Shown here one piece after another: positions 51,308 to 60,653 of a stretch of 64,000 nt of DNA; positions within the stretch are counted from its first letter, which is position 1; every line of letters starts with the position of its first letter. Below the pieces are notes generated by a model. It had not been told where the DNA came from, made no database searches, and saw nothing but the letters and a program-made list of their open reading frames with translations. The DNA lies in NCBI GenBank assembly GCA_903869345.1, contig CAIPYM010000053.1:98-64097 (forward strand), in the 5' to 3' direction. Source of the stretch: an uncultured Pseudomonadota bacterium (GTDB taxonomy: Bacteria; Pseudomonadota; Alphaproteobacteria; UBA9219). Made by a program: the position numbers and the translations under genes.

Positions 51308-53068
51308 ATGTCTCCCCCCCCGGATCGCCTTCGTGCGTTGCACGAACACCTGATGATCGCGACCTTGATCGCGACCGATTACGTGGCGCCCCACAAAGCG
51401 GAGGCGCTGGCCAGGTCCCTTGCGGAATCGGCAGCGGATTCCGAGGGCTTCTGCGATGACCAAGTCCTCTTCGACGCCCACGGGTACGCGCTCAACCTCC
51501 TGCTGTTTCAGCCCTCACCGAGCGGCCAGAGGGCGGTTGACCGTGCGCGTCGTCAGGGACGGTTTCAGACCCCCGAGGACCAGGAGGCCGCTGACCTTCT
51601 GTCCTCGTCCACGTTTCGCCTGATTCAGCTGGAGGCCCCTTTAGGCAACGAAAAATTCCGTGCCCGTGATCTTGTGGACGGAGAGAGCCTTGTCTTTTGC
51701 GATCTCCGGGAAGCCCCTCATGCCCCGATGGAAGGAGCCTGGGCGTTGAACGGCTGTAGGTTCGAAGGACTCTTTTTGGCAACAGGTTTTCTCACCCCGC
51801 TCAGCGATGCGATGTTGGAAGCGGCGAGGCCCTTTGTCGTGCCGGGGCAAGGGCTCAAAAATCCCGAGCGCTGCGCGGAAACCCTGGCCCGCGTCTACCT
51901 GCACGCGATGAACGCAGCGTTGGCGCACACGTTTCCGTTTACGGCAGCGGATGGCCCCCTTCACGTGATCGCCCTGCGGTGGGCCGAGGCCACCACGTTG
52001 CCGGAGCCAACGCCAAACGATCTGACGATTCTTCGCTTGGTCACCGACTCGCACGCTATTTTTGAGACCTTGGCGGGTCTGCATGCCGGACACGCGCTGA
52101 ACCAGCCGGGGCATGCCGCCGCTTACGAACGCGTTCTGGTGATCCAGCTGGAAACCGTCCACCGCCGCACCCTTTTGGGGCTTCACCTGGAGCTGGAGAC
52201 TCTGGAGATTCTGACCGCCCATCTTCGCCAGGGCATCGCGCAGGGCCACCTCCCTCCGGAATGCGAATCGTTGTTTGTCCGCGCCTGCCAACGCGCGCGA
52301 TTGGCTGTCTCGGCCAAAGCCCCAAACGTCCCGAATCGCGATGGGCTGGACAAGGTTCTCATGCGCATTCAAGCGTTGCGTAGCAAGACGTTGGACCAGG
52401 GGTGTACCGAGGAGGAGGCCCTGGCCGCCGCCGATAAAGTCGCCGAACTGCTCGAGCGTTACGGCCTGTCGCTCAGCGCGATGGACCTTCACGAGCAAAG
52501 CTGCGGCAGTGAAGGTTTTGAAACGGATCGCCGCCGCCCCAACGCGTTCGATCAGTGCGTTTCGATCCTCGCCGAATTTTGTGATTGCCGAACGTGGACG
52601 GAACGCACGGTCTCGGGGTGTTTGCGGCACGTCGTGTTCGGTCTTCCCGCCGACGTTGCGGGCGCTCGCTGCCTTTACGAAAAAGTCGACAAGGCTTTTG
52701 AAACGGAAACGCGGGCGTTCAAACAAGGGAAGCTTTACAGCCAGCACCCGTCCTCGCACCGTCGCACCGCCACCACATCGTTTCAGGCGGGTCTGCAGCA
52801 GGGAATTTGCTCCAAACTTCGGGCCCTGAAAACGGCCCGGACACGAGCATGCCTCACGACAACAGGGCGCGACCTGGTGCCGGTGAAGGAGGACATCATC
52901 GCGGACGAGATGTCCGCCCTCGGCCTGAACCTGACGTTTAAAACAGTCCGAGCCTCCCGTGTGCTCGGCAAGGCCTACCACCTGGGCCGCGTCATCGGCG
53001 AAAACCTGGCGTGGGACGACAAAATCAACGATCACCCCGAGGGCTATAGCCGACCTCTAACAAAATGA
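51308..53068 (+). CDS. DUF2786-containing protein with long N-terminal extension
   Basis: LDKVLMRIQAL...TEEEALAAADKVAELLERYGLS (DUF2786-like), followed by FGLPADV and SFQAG. Confidence 0.72.
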   Translation: MSPPPDRLRALHEHLMIATLIATDYVAPHKAEALARSLAESAADSEGFCDDQVLFDAHGYALNLLLFQPSPSGQRAVDRARRQGRFQTPEDQEAADLLSSSTFRLIQLEAPLGNEKFRARDLVDGESLVFCDLREAPHAPMEGAWALNGCRFEGLFLATGFLTPLSDAMLEAARPFVVPGQGLKNPERCAETLARVYLHAMNAALAHTFPFTAADGPLHVIALRWAEATTLPEPTPNDLTILRLVTDSHAIFETLAGLHAGHALNQPGHAAAYERVLVIQLETVHRRTLLGLHLELETLEILTAHLRQGIAQGHLPPECESLFVRACQRARLAVSAKAPNVPNRDGLDKVLMRIQALRSKTLDQGCTEEEALAAADKVAELLERYGLSLSAMDLHEQSCGSEGFETDRRRPNAFDQCVSILAEFCDCRTWTERTVSGCLRHVVFGLPADVAGARCLYEKVDKAFETETRAFKQGKLYSQHPSSHRRTATTSFQAGLQQGICSKLRALKTARTRACLTTTGRDLVPVKEDIIADEMSALGLNLTFKTVRASRVLGKAYHLGRVIGENLAWDDKINDHPEGYSRPLTK

Positions 53069-53138
53069 TGCCTGGATTTTCGAGCACAAAAGTTGAGGAA
53101 GGCACGGCGCGACTCCCTCAACTGCCCACCCCAAAAAT

Positions 53139-54098
53139 TCACAGTCCCGTCAGGTACGCGGTGAGGGTCCGGCCCACGGCTTCTAAGCTGGTTGTCGAGC
53201 ACTTGTCCGGTGTGTCGGCGGTCGTGTTGTAGAAAGGCTCATAGTCAAAATCAATGACAAGGAACGCAGGGATTCCGGCCTGGATCAACGGCACGTGATC
53301 ATCGTTGATCGGGAACCGCGTAGGCTTGAGGGTGAAGGCCGAGGGCGCGAGTCGCGTGCCAATGTCCCAAAAGCGACGTGTCTCCTTGGGCGCGGCCTGC
53401 AGCGAATGTCCCTCGGGCCGTAGGGCCAGGTCACGGTCGCAAACCATGTCCACCACCACCGCGCCTTCGGGCCGTTGGCCCGTGGGGTAAAGGGCGTCCA
53501 GCTGCTCGTGGGCGAACAGTGTGGACCCCAGGGGGCTCCAATGTGGGTCCCCGGCTCCCAACGCTGCGGGGCCCTCTTCCCCATCGAAGAAGACGAAATC
53601 CACCCCCACGGTGAGCGGTTTGGGCAAGGCGTGCAGGACACGCAGCGTTTCCAGAAGAACCGCCACGCCCGAGCCGCCGTTGTTCGCGCCAGGCATGGGA
53701 GCGTCCGGGGTACGCTTGTCCCGGTAGGCTCGGACGATGCTGTCATAGTGCGTGGCGAGGATGATGCGGCGCGGAGCCTCAGGATTCCAGCGTCCGATGA
53801 GATTCACAAGCGAACGCACGGTGCCGTCCGCCGTCGTGATCGTGCCTTTTTGAAAGAGAGGCTCAGCGATTCCGGCGGTTCTGAGGACCGCCACAATAAA
53901 GTCTCGTGCCTTTGCAAGCCCTGGGGTTCCCTCGGCTCGGGGGCCAAAGGCGACAAGAGTTTGGATGTCCTTCAGGGCTCGGGCTCCGTTCCAGGAGACG
54001 CTGACGTCGTCCGCGCGCGCTTCGTTTGAAATTCCTCCCAGGCTAAGAAGGACCATGAGAACGTTCAGTCCCGATCCAAAGGAGAAACGCTTTTTCAT
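53139..54098 (-). CDS. Secreted M28-family (glutaminyl cyclase/aminopeptidase-like) protein with degenerate metal site
   Basis: Signal peptide, FGPR, HYDS, PGANNGGSG, FFDGEE, DMV, DDH, YNT. Confidence 0.85.
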   Translation of the reverse strand: MKKRFSFGSGLNVLMVLLSLGGISNEARADDVSVSWNGARALKDIQTLVAFGPRAEGTPGLAKARDFIVAVLRTAGIAEPLFQKGTITTADGTVRSLVNLIGRWNPEAPRRIILATHYDSIVRAYRDKRTPDAPMPGANNGGSGVAVLLETLRVLHALPKPLTVGVDFVFFDGEEGPAALGAGDPHWSPLGSTLFAHEQLDALYPTGQRPEGAVVVDMVCDRDLALRPEGHSLQAAPKETRRFWDIGTRLAPSAFTLKPTRFPINDDHVPLIQAGIPAFLVIDFDYEPFYNTTADTPDKCSTTSLEAVGRTLTAYLTGL

Positions 54099-54150
54099 GG
54101 ATGGAATCTTTCTTCCCTCGCGTGTCGGGTGATACGTCTTTTCCAAAACC

Positions 54151-54729
54151 CTACCGTTGGTATTCCAAGGGGATTTGGTCAAGTTGGCGTTTGAGTTCAT
54201 CCAGGTTAGCGGAAACGGTTTCGTTGCTATGAACACCCGCGCCGGATTGCTGTTCCCACCAGGCCATTTCCGCTTCGATTTTTTGCGCTTCGGAACGGTA
54301 CGTTGCCGCCTTTTCGTTGATTTCAATTTCTTTGGCTTGGTCTTGTTGTTGATCATACTCCTTCCTATCAGCTTCTTTTTTGGCCTCGTCTGCAAGAAAT
54401 TGTTCGTGTTTACGTCGAGATTCATTCTGGTAGCGTTTGACGTAGTCGGTCCCTTGTTCGTTGGCCTCAACGAGGAGACCGTGAGCTTTCAATTTTGATT
54501 TCTTGTAACTCTTGAGGTAATTTTCGCCGGTAACGGTCTCGGGAGCGTCGGTTTGAGAGTTTTTATCGCCCGACGCTTGAGTGCGACGGGATTGTTCCCC
54601 CAACGTGCTCAGGGACAAAACTTCGAACCTTGACGGGGGTAGAGGGGCGGACGACTCGCTACGATCCGGCTTCTCTTCAATCAACGAGCGCGGCATCAAA
54701 CGGCTGTTCGGATCGAGGGTGTCGGTCAT
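54151..54729 (-). CDS. Hypothetical charged coiled-coil protein
   Basis: 192-aa ORF rich in E/K/Q, lower GC, fills the gap between recX and the M28 gene. Confidence 0.6.
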   Translation of the reverse strand: MTDTLDPNSRLMPRSLIEEKPDRSESSAPLPPSRFEVLSLSTLGEQSRRTQASGDKNSQTDAPETVTGENYLKSYKKSKLKAHGLLVEANEQGTDYVKRYQNESRRKHEQFLADEAKKEADRKEYDQQQDQAKEIEINEKAATYRSEAQKIEAEMAWWEQQSGAGVHSNETVSANLDELKRQLDQIPLEYQR

Positions 54730-54781
54730 GGCCTGATTTTATCACGACAGGTTATGGTCTGCGAAGGGGGGGGGCGCGTTC

Positions 54782-55414
54782 CTACGTGTCCCCGTTTTCC
54801 GTTTCGGGGTCCCAAGCATCGCGGCCCAGAACCTGCCGCGCGGTGGTGTACGAAAAGCCCGCGCGGAGGAGAATCCCTGTCTCGCGGCGTAGGCGTTCGG
54901 GTGAAGAATCTCCCTCGCGGAACGGCCCCAAGCGGCGGCGACGCGCGAGGGCGCGGGCGGCCTTGAGCTCGGCGTCTTGGAGGGCCTCGGCGGAATCGGG
55001 GGAATTTTCCTCCGGGTCCACCGATTCGTTCGCATGATGTGCGAGGGCTTGGCGCACAAGGGGCTCTGCCACCCCGTCGGCCCGCAGACCCGCCGCGATG
55101 CGCTGAGCGGACCGCCCCGCGCGGCGAAGACGGACGACTTTGGCGGCGGCAAAAGAAGCATCGTTCAACACGCCCGCGTCGCGGTAACGCACAATCAAGC
55201 TTTCAATGTGCGCCGCGAGTCTTGCCTGTTCCTCGGTGTCCTCGGCCCAGGTGGGGTGGGCGTGCGCAGCGCGGATCAAGCGGTTTTTGAGGACGCGCCG
55301 TAGACGGCTTTCGGACGCCGCGAACTTTTCGAGGTAACGCAGCGCGGCCTCGGTCAGCTGCTCGGGCGTCGGGCACGCGACGGACGGGAAACGCCGGGGC
55401 GGTCGGGGACTCAT
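54782..55414 (-). CDS. recX: Regulatory protein RecX
   Basis: AALRYLEKFAAS, LND..FA, ARRRRLGPF, LRAGFS. Confidence 0.9.
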   Translation of the reverse strand: MSPRPPRRFPSVACPTPEQLTEAALRYLEKFAASESRLRRVLKNRLIRAAHAHPTWAEDTEEQARLAAHIESLIVRYRDAGVLNDASFAAAKVVRLRRAGRSAQRIAAGLRADGVAEPLVRQALAHHANESVDPEENSPDSAEALQDAELKAARALARRRRLGPFREGDSSPERLRRETGILLRAGFSYTTARQVLGRDAWDPETENGDT

Positions 55415-55450
55415 GACTGTTTCACTCTATTCGGCCGAGAGGCCCTGAGC

Positions 55451-55479
55451 TGGATCGCTTCGCTCCGCTCGCGATGACG
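55451..55479. repeat. Family B half element
   Basis: TGGATCGCTTCGCTCCGCTCGCGATGACG. Confidence 0.7.
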
Positions 55480-55525
55480 ACGGAGAGGACAGGACACAAA
55501 GGAGAACTCCTACCGTGCCGCACTA

Positions 55526-55564
55526 TAAAACGCCCCTCACCCCCTTTGCCGAGGGCGAGGGGCG
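55526..55564 (-). terminator. serA intrinsic terminator
   Basis: CGCCCCTC...GAGGGGCG stem followed by TTTT on the minus strand, ~10 nt after the serA stop. Confidence 0.6.
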
Positions 55565-55574
55565 GCGTTGGGGG

Positions 55575-57155
55575 TTAGTCCTCGAACTTCAAGGCGTGGG
55601 CGCTGACAACGCCCGGAAGGGCCTTGAGTTTCGCAAGCAGGCCCACCGGGATGGCACCGTCCACCGCGACAAGCGCCATGGCGTTTTTCCCAGGCTTGCT
55701 ACGTCCGAGCGTGAAGTTTGCGATGTTGACCTTGGCTTCGCCGAGCGCCGTACCGAGGCGACCCACAAAGCCGGGTTTATCCTCGTTGTGGATCAGCAGC
55801 ATGCTGGGCGTGAGCTCGGCCTCGCACATCAGATCATCCAGTCCGACCACGCGCGGCGCGTGGTTGAAGAGGCTCCCCACGACACAGGCCGTTCCCTTGT
55901 CGGTTTCGACCTTGAGGCGCACGAGCGTTTGGTAATCGCCCGCACGTTCATGCTTGGTCTCACTCACCGCAATCCCACGCTCCTTCGCCAAAGCGGGCGC
56001 GTTCACCTGGTTCACGCCTTCGAGCGAGGGCGACAGAAGCCCCTTCAGCAACGTGTTCGTCAGCGGCTTGGGGTTGAGCGTCGCCGCGTGGCCTTCGTAC
56101 TCGACGGTCACAGCCTTGATCGCGCCTTCCAGCATTTGCCCCGCGAGGCTCCCCAGTTGCCCGACAAGCGCCAGGTAGGGGCGGAGTTTCGGGGCTTCTT
56201 CGGCCGAGACCGAGGGCATGTTGACGGCGTTCGTCACGGCTCCCGTCAGCAAGAAATCACTGATCTGCTCGGCGACTTGCAGGGCGACGTTTTCCTGCGC
56301 TTCCGTTGTCGACGCTCCAAGGTGGGGCGTGCACACGACGTTCGGTTGGTTGAAGAGGATGTTCTGTTTGGCGGGTTCCTCAGCGTACACGTCCACCGCT
56401 GCACCCGCGACGTGGCCGCTTTGCAGAGCCGCGAGAAGGTCGGGCTCCACCACCAAAGCGCCACGGGCACAGTTGATGATCCGCACGCCTTTCTTGCACT
56501 TCGCAAGGTTGGCCGCGTTGATGATCCCCCGCGTTTGATCCGTGAGAGGTGTGTGCAACGTGATGATGTCGGCCCGCGCGAACAGGGCGTCCAGCTCCAC
56601 CTTCTCCACGCCCAGGCTCGCGGCCCGTTCAGCCGAGAGGAAGGGATCGTACGCCAGAACGTGCATCTTCAGGCCAAGGGCGCGGTCGGCCACGATGGAG
56701 CCGATGTTCCCGCATCCGATGATGCCCAACACTTTGCTGGTGAGCTCAACACCCATGAACTTGGTCTTTTCCCACTTTCCGGCGTGCGTCGACGCGTTGG
56801 CCTCAGGGATCTGGCGAGCGAGAGCGAACATCATCGCCAGCGCGTGCTCGGCGGTTGTGATGGAGTTGCCGAACGGCGTGTTCATAACGACGATTCCACG
56901 GGCCGTGGCAGCGTCTTTATCCACGTTGTCAACGCCGATTCCCGCGCGTCCAACGACTTTCAGGTTCTTGGCGGCGGCCAACACATCTTTAGTCACCTTG
57001 CTGGCTGAGCGAATGGCCAAACCGTCATACGCGCCGATGATGGCAAGGAGTTCCTCGGGCTTCAGGCCGGGTTTGTAGTCCACGTCAACGCCGCGCTCTT
57101 GAAAAATCGCGACAGCGCGAGGGGACATTTTGTCGGAAATCAGAACTTTGGGCAT
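55575..57155 (-). CDS. serA: D-3-phosphoglycerate dehydrogenase
   Basis: MPKVLISD, RAGIGVDN, GCGNIG, TPHLGAST, C-terminal ACT domain. Confidence 0.97.
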   Translation of the reverse strand: MPKVLISDKMSPRAVAIFQERGVDVDYKPGLKPEELLAIIGAYDGLAIRSASKVTKDVLAAAKNLKVVGRAGIGVDNVDKDAATARGIVVMNTPFGNSITTAEHALAMMFALARQIPEANASTHAGKWEKTKFMGVELTSKVLGIIGCGNIGSIVADRALGLKMHVLAYDPFLSAERAASLGVEKVELDALFARADIITLHTPLTDQTRGIINAANLAKCKKGVRIINCARGALVVEPDLLAALQSGHVAGAAVDVYAEEPAKQNILFNQPNVVCTPHLGASTTEAQENVALQVAEQISDFLLTGAVTNAVNMPSVSAEEAPKLRPYLALVGQLGSLAGQMLEGAIKAVTVEYEGHAATLNPKPLTNTLLKGLLSPSLEGVNQVNAPALAKERGIAVSETKHERAGDYQTLVRLKVETDKGTACVVGSLFNHAPRVVGLDDLMCEAELTPSMLLIHNEDKPGFVGRLGTALGEAKVNIANFTLGRSKPGKNAMALVAVDGAIPVGLLAKLKALPGVVSAHALKFED

Positions 57156-57219
57156 GGGATGGGTCCTTTCGTGCAGAGAGTAAGGGGACAAGAGGGGATG
57201 CGGCGTAAAAGGACCACCC

Positions 57220-57328
57220 TTGCGAGGCCCTGAAAGGGCCGTGGCGATCCAGGGAAACCTTTTGAGCCCCCTGGATTGCTTCGTCGGCCTTCGTCTCCTT
57301 CGGAGACGGGGGCCTTCTCGCAATGACG
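57220..57328. repeat. REP/RPE-like family B element between serC and serA
   Basis: TTGCGAGG...GGCGATCCAGGG ... CCCTGGATTGCTTCG...TCGCAATGACG. Confidence 0.8.
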
Positions 57329-57345
57329 ATTCCTTTGCCGTTGTT

Positions 57346-58530
57346 TCAGGCTGCCTTGCGGAGCGTGCTGGCACCTTCCGCGTAGGACCAATCGATCCAC
57401 GCGGTGAGAGCCGCGATATCGCTGGCCTCCGCCGTTGCGCCGCACCAGATCCGAAGACCGGCGGGAGCATCACGGTAGCCGTTGAAATCGTAGCCTGCGC
57501 CTTCGGCCTCAATCCGGGCCACAAGCTTTTTGCAAAAGCCCAGTTGGTCCTCGGAGCTGAGATCCAAGAACGCCGGATCCACAATCTTGAGGCAGACCGA
57601 GGTCGGTGACCGCGAGGCTGGATCCCGCGCGAGGAAATCAATCCACGGCGTTCTCTTCACCCAGGCCTCGACCGCGGCAAAGTTCGCGCGCGTGCGGGCG
57701 ATTGTGCCCTTCTGCCCACCAACCGATTGCGCCCAGGCCATCGCGTCCAGCACATCTTCCACGCAGAGCAGGGAGGGCGTGTTGATCGTCTCCCCTGCAA
57801 AGATGCCTTCGACCACTTTGCCCTCTTTCGTCATGCGGAAGAGCTTGGGCATTGGCCAGGTGGGCTTGTAGCTTTCCAGCCGCTCCACGGCGCGGGGGCT
57901 GAGGATCAAGATCCCGTGCGCACCTTCCCCGCCCAGGCACTTTTGCCAGCTGTACGTGATGACGTCGCACTTGGCCCAGGGGATGGGCATGCCCAAAACG
58001 CCCGAGGTCGCATCGCACAGCGTCAGCCCCTCGCGGGTATCGGGAATCCAATCGCCGTTCGGCACGCACACGCCGGACGTCGTCCCGTTCCAGGTGAACA
58101 CGACGTCATGTGTGAAGTCCGCTTGCGTCAGGTCAGGCAGTTCCCCGTAGGGGGCAACGAAGGACCGCGTGTTCGGAAGCTTGAGCTGCTTGGTGATGTC
58201 CGTCACCCAGCCTTTGCTGAACGATTCCCACGCGAAGACGTCCACGGGGCGCGGACCCAAAAGGCTCCACATCGCGGCCTCAAACGCGCCGGTGTCCGAG
58301 CCCGCCATGAGCCCCACGCGGTAGTCCGCCGGAAGTTCCAGAAGGGCTTTGGTGTCGTCGATAACTTTCTTGATACGTCCCTTGCCGAGCTTGCTGCGGT
58401 GCGAACGACCGAGTGATTCCGTGGGCAGGGCCGCGAGCGACCAACCGGGCCTTTTGGCGCACGGGCCGCTGGAGAAGTTCGGACAGCGGGGACGAACGGT
58501 TGGCTTGGAATCCGAAGAAGGAGACGACAT
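57346..58530 (-). CDS. serC: Phosphoserine aminotransferase (alphaproteobacterial type)
   Basis: [30 protein letters not shown]. Confidence 0.96.
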   Translation of the reverse strand: MSSPSSDSKPTVRPRCPNFSSGPCAKRPGWSLAALPTESLGRSHRSKLGKGRIKKVIDDTKALLELPADYRVGLMAGSDTGAFEAAMWSLLGPRPVDVFAWESFSKGWVTDITKQLKLPNTRSFVAPYGELPDLTQADFTHDVVFTWNGTTSGVCVPNGDWIPDTREGLTLCDATSGVLGMPIPWAKCDVITYSWQKCLGGEGAHGILILSPRAVERLESYKPTWPMPKLFRMTKEGKVVEGIFAGETINTPSLLCVEDVLDAMAWAQSVGGQKGTIARTRANFAAVEAWVKRTPWIDFLARDPASRSPTSVCLKIVDPAFLDLSSEDQLGFCKKLVARIEAEGAGYDFNGYRDAPAGLRIWCGATAEASDIAALTAWIDWSYAEGASTLRKAA

Positions 58531-58544
58531 GGTAAAGACCCCTT

Positions 58545-58590
58545 ACACGCTTGAACGTGGCTCGGTGGGGAGCCACAACCCGCGCCGACG
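58545..58590 (-). promoter_or_regulatory. serC leader RNA element
   Basis: Minus strand GCGGG-TT-GTGGCTC-CCCACC-GAGCCAC hairpin ~25 nt upstream of serC; resembles the alphaproteobacterial serC leader. Confidence 0.6.
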
Positions 58591-58766
58591 CTAGGCCCGC
58601 CCAAGGGGGTAAGTCAACGCCGGGATGACACGCCGGAATGACAGACCTTTGCTAATGCTAACAGTGCCTAGAGTGTTTTTCGGCTCAACGTAACATCCCT
58701 CGTAGGCGCATCGAAAAACCGCATGGGAAGCGCGTGAATTATGCATTTTTTCAAGGGTGGACAGGG

Positions 58767-59285
58767 ATGTTGCGCGTGCATACCGTCCAAGACGTCATGG
58801 TCAATGCTGTCGCCCGCCTCCGAGCCGCCCGTGGATGGTCGCAAACCGCGCTTGCGCGGAAGCTACCCGGTTGGCACCAGTCCGATGTTTCGCGTGTCGA
58901 AAAGGGCAAAACACGCCTCACGGATCACGACATCCGCGACCTTGCGCGGGTGTTCCAGGTGACCGTTTCCGTCGTTCTGGGCGAAGAGGTGTCCGCCGAG
59001 CCGGGGCGTACACCTGCCCATCCCCCGGTCTCCAAGGGATTCCGGGAGCATGCTGTGCAGGTCGAATCCTCGCCCGCATTCCAAAGCTCGCTGAAAAGCC
59101 TTGCGCGGGGCTACGTGGCAGCGGCGTTGACGCGCCTGGACGAGCCGCCAACAAGTCGCAACCAGATTACGCGGGCGCGGGCGCGTCTGGCGGCGTACCT
59201 GGAGGCCGATATGCGGGCCGGGGAGGATGTGGACCATGATAAGATGGTGGTGTTGGCCCGCATGATTCTGGACGGGACGGTCTAA
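58767..59285 (+). CDS. XRE-family HTH transcriptional regulator
   Basis: LRAARGWSQTALARKL..WHQSDVSRVEKG. Confidence 0.85.
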   Translation: MLRVHTVQDVMVNAVARLRAARGWSQTALARKLPGWHQSDVSRVEKGKTRLTDHDIRDLARVFQVTVSVVLGEEVSAEPGRTPAHPPVSKGFREHAVQVESSPAFQSSLKSLARGYVAAALTRLDEPPTSRNQITRARARLAAYLEADMRAGEDVDHDKMVVLARMILDGTV

Positions 59286-59343
59286 AACAAGGCCCTCCAA
59301 CGTTCGGGAGAGCCGTTGAAGCGGTTGGGGTTCAAAAAATCCC

Positions 59344-59376
59344 TTGACGTTTTATGCGGTTTATGCATAAATAAAT
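59344..59376 (+). promoter_or_regulatory. Promoter with TTTATGCATAAA palindrome
   Basis: TTGACG -35 and AT-rich -10 region overlapped by a perfect 12-bp palindrome at 59360-59371. Confidence 0.55.
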
Positions 59377-59400
59377 CTCCCTTTCACGCCGGGAGGTTCC

Positions 59401-59730
59401 ATGGCCACACCTGCGAGGATTCGCACGTTTTTCGCCAACATCTGCAACGACACCATCGCGCGGTCGCCGTTGGATGATTACCTGGCGGGTTCGTTTGAAA
59501 ACCGGGAGCTTGCCGTCCAGTCGCTTGCCGCGCCTCCCAGCGACGAGGACCGTGGACGAGCATGGGTGATCAACGCGGCCTACCGCTACACGCTTGTGAT
59601 CAGTTTTGATGACGACGGCCAGCCACGTTTTCTGCAAGCCACAAACCTTCTGCCAGAGGTTCGCGCGTACGCTCGGGCACAAGGGACTGCGACTGGACGT
59701 TCCTCGCGCGACAAAAATCGGTTGGAGTGA
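59401..59730 (+). CDS. Hypothetical protein
   Basis: GGAGG RBS and own promoter; 109 aa; no motif recognised. Confidence 0.65.
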   Translation: MATPARIRTFFANICNDTIARSPLDDYLAGSFENRELAVQSLAAPPSDEDRGRAWVINAAYRYTLVISFDDDGQPRFLQATNLLPEVRAYARAQGTATGRSSRDKNRLE

Positions 59731-59866
59731 ATCAGGAAAGGACACGCGTTAAGGAAGAATCAACCTCTCGGGTGTACACTCGGGCGCATCGGCCGATTCG
59801 CGGTTTTCACAGGCTGCGTTCCTTCCTTCGGTCGCGTCTCGGGTTCATTCCTGCACGGGGGCTGAC

Positions 59867-60646
59867 ATGCTTCAAGGAAAATCGGCCGTTATCACGGGCT
59901 CCACCAGTGGCATTGGGTTTGGAATCGCCAAGGTTCTCGCCCGCGCCGGGGCCAACATCATGCTCAACGGCTTTGCCGATGCCGCGACCATCGACGCGTG
60001 CAAGGCCGAGATTGCCGGACTGAACGTAAAGGTTGCGTTCAACCCGTGCGACGTGTCGAAAGCCGATCAGGTCGAAGGCATGATTGACTCGACCCTGCAG
60101 GCGTTGGGCAGCGTGGACATCATGGTCAACAACGCCGGGATTCAGTTTGTCGCCCCTGTTGAAGAGTTTCCCTTGGCCAAGTGGGACGCCGTGCTGGGCA
60201 CGAACCTTTCTGCGGCGTTCTATGCGACGCGCAAGGTTGTCCCCTTGATGAAAGCCAAGGGATGGGGGCGGATCATCAACATCGCCTCGGTTCAGGGATT
60301 GGTCGGGAGCCTTGGCAAGGCCGCCTATGTCGCCGCCAAGCACGGCCTTGTCGGTCTCACGAAAGTCGTGGGGCTTGAGACCGCCGGGAGTGGTGTGACG
60401 TGCAACGCCATTTGTCCAGGATGGGTTTTAACGCCGCTTGTGCAACAGCAAATTGACGCCATCGCCGCTCGGGATGGATTGGACAACACGGCGGCGTCGG
60501 AAAAACTGTTGTCGGAAAAACAGCCCTCGCTGCAGTTCGTCCAGACCGAGGATGTCGGGGCCATGGCCCTCTACCTCTGCTCGGACGCCGCACAGCAAGT
60601 GACCGGCACCGCCCTCAGCATTGATGGAGGGTGGGCCGCGAGGTAG
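59867..60646 (+). CDS. bdhA: D-3-hydroxybutyrate dehydrogenase
   Basis: TGSTSGIG, NNAGIQ, YVAAKHG, ICPGWVLTPLV, EKQPS. Confidence 0.93.
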   Translation: MLQGKSAVITGSTSGIGFGIAKVLARAGANIMLNGFADAATIDACKAEIAGLNVKVAFNPCDVSKADQVEGMIDSTLQALGSVDIMVNNAGIQFVAPVEEFPLAKWDAVLGTNLSAAFYATRKVVPLMKAKGWGRIINIASVQGLVGSLGKAAYVAAKHGLVGLTKVVGLETAGSGVTCNAICPGWVLTPLVQQQIDAIAARDGLDNTAASEKLLSEKQPSLQFVQTEDVGAMALYLCSDAAQQVTGTALSIDGGWAAR

Positions 60647-60653
60647 GGGATCG

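Noticed and set aside
57156-57641. Long N-terminal extension of serA, and similar extensions of sodB, rsmE, olsB and the M28 gene in the ORF track
   Set aside because: They overlap neighbouring genes, a tRNA or repeats; the conserved N-termini start downstream
58734-59730. Prophage
   Set aside because: Only an XRE gene and one orphan; no integrase, structural or replication genes
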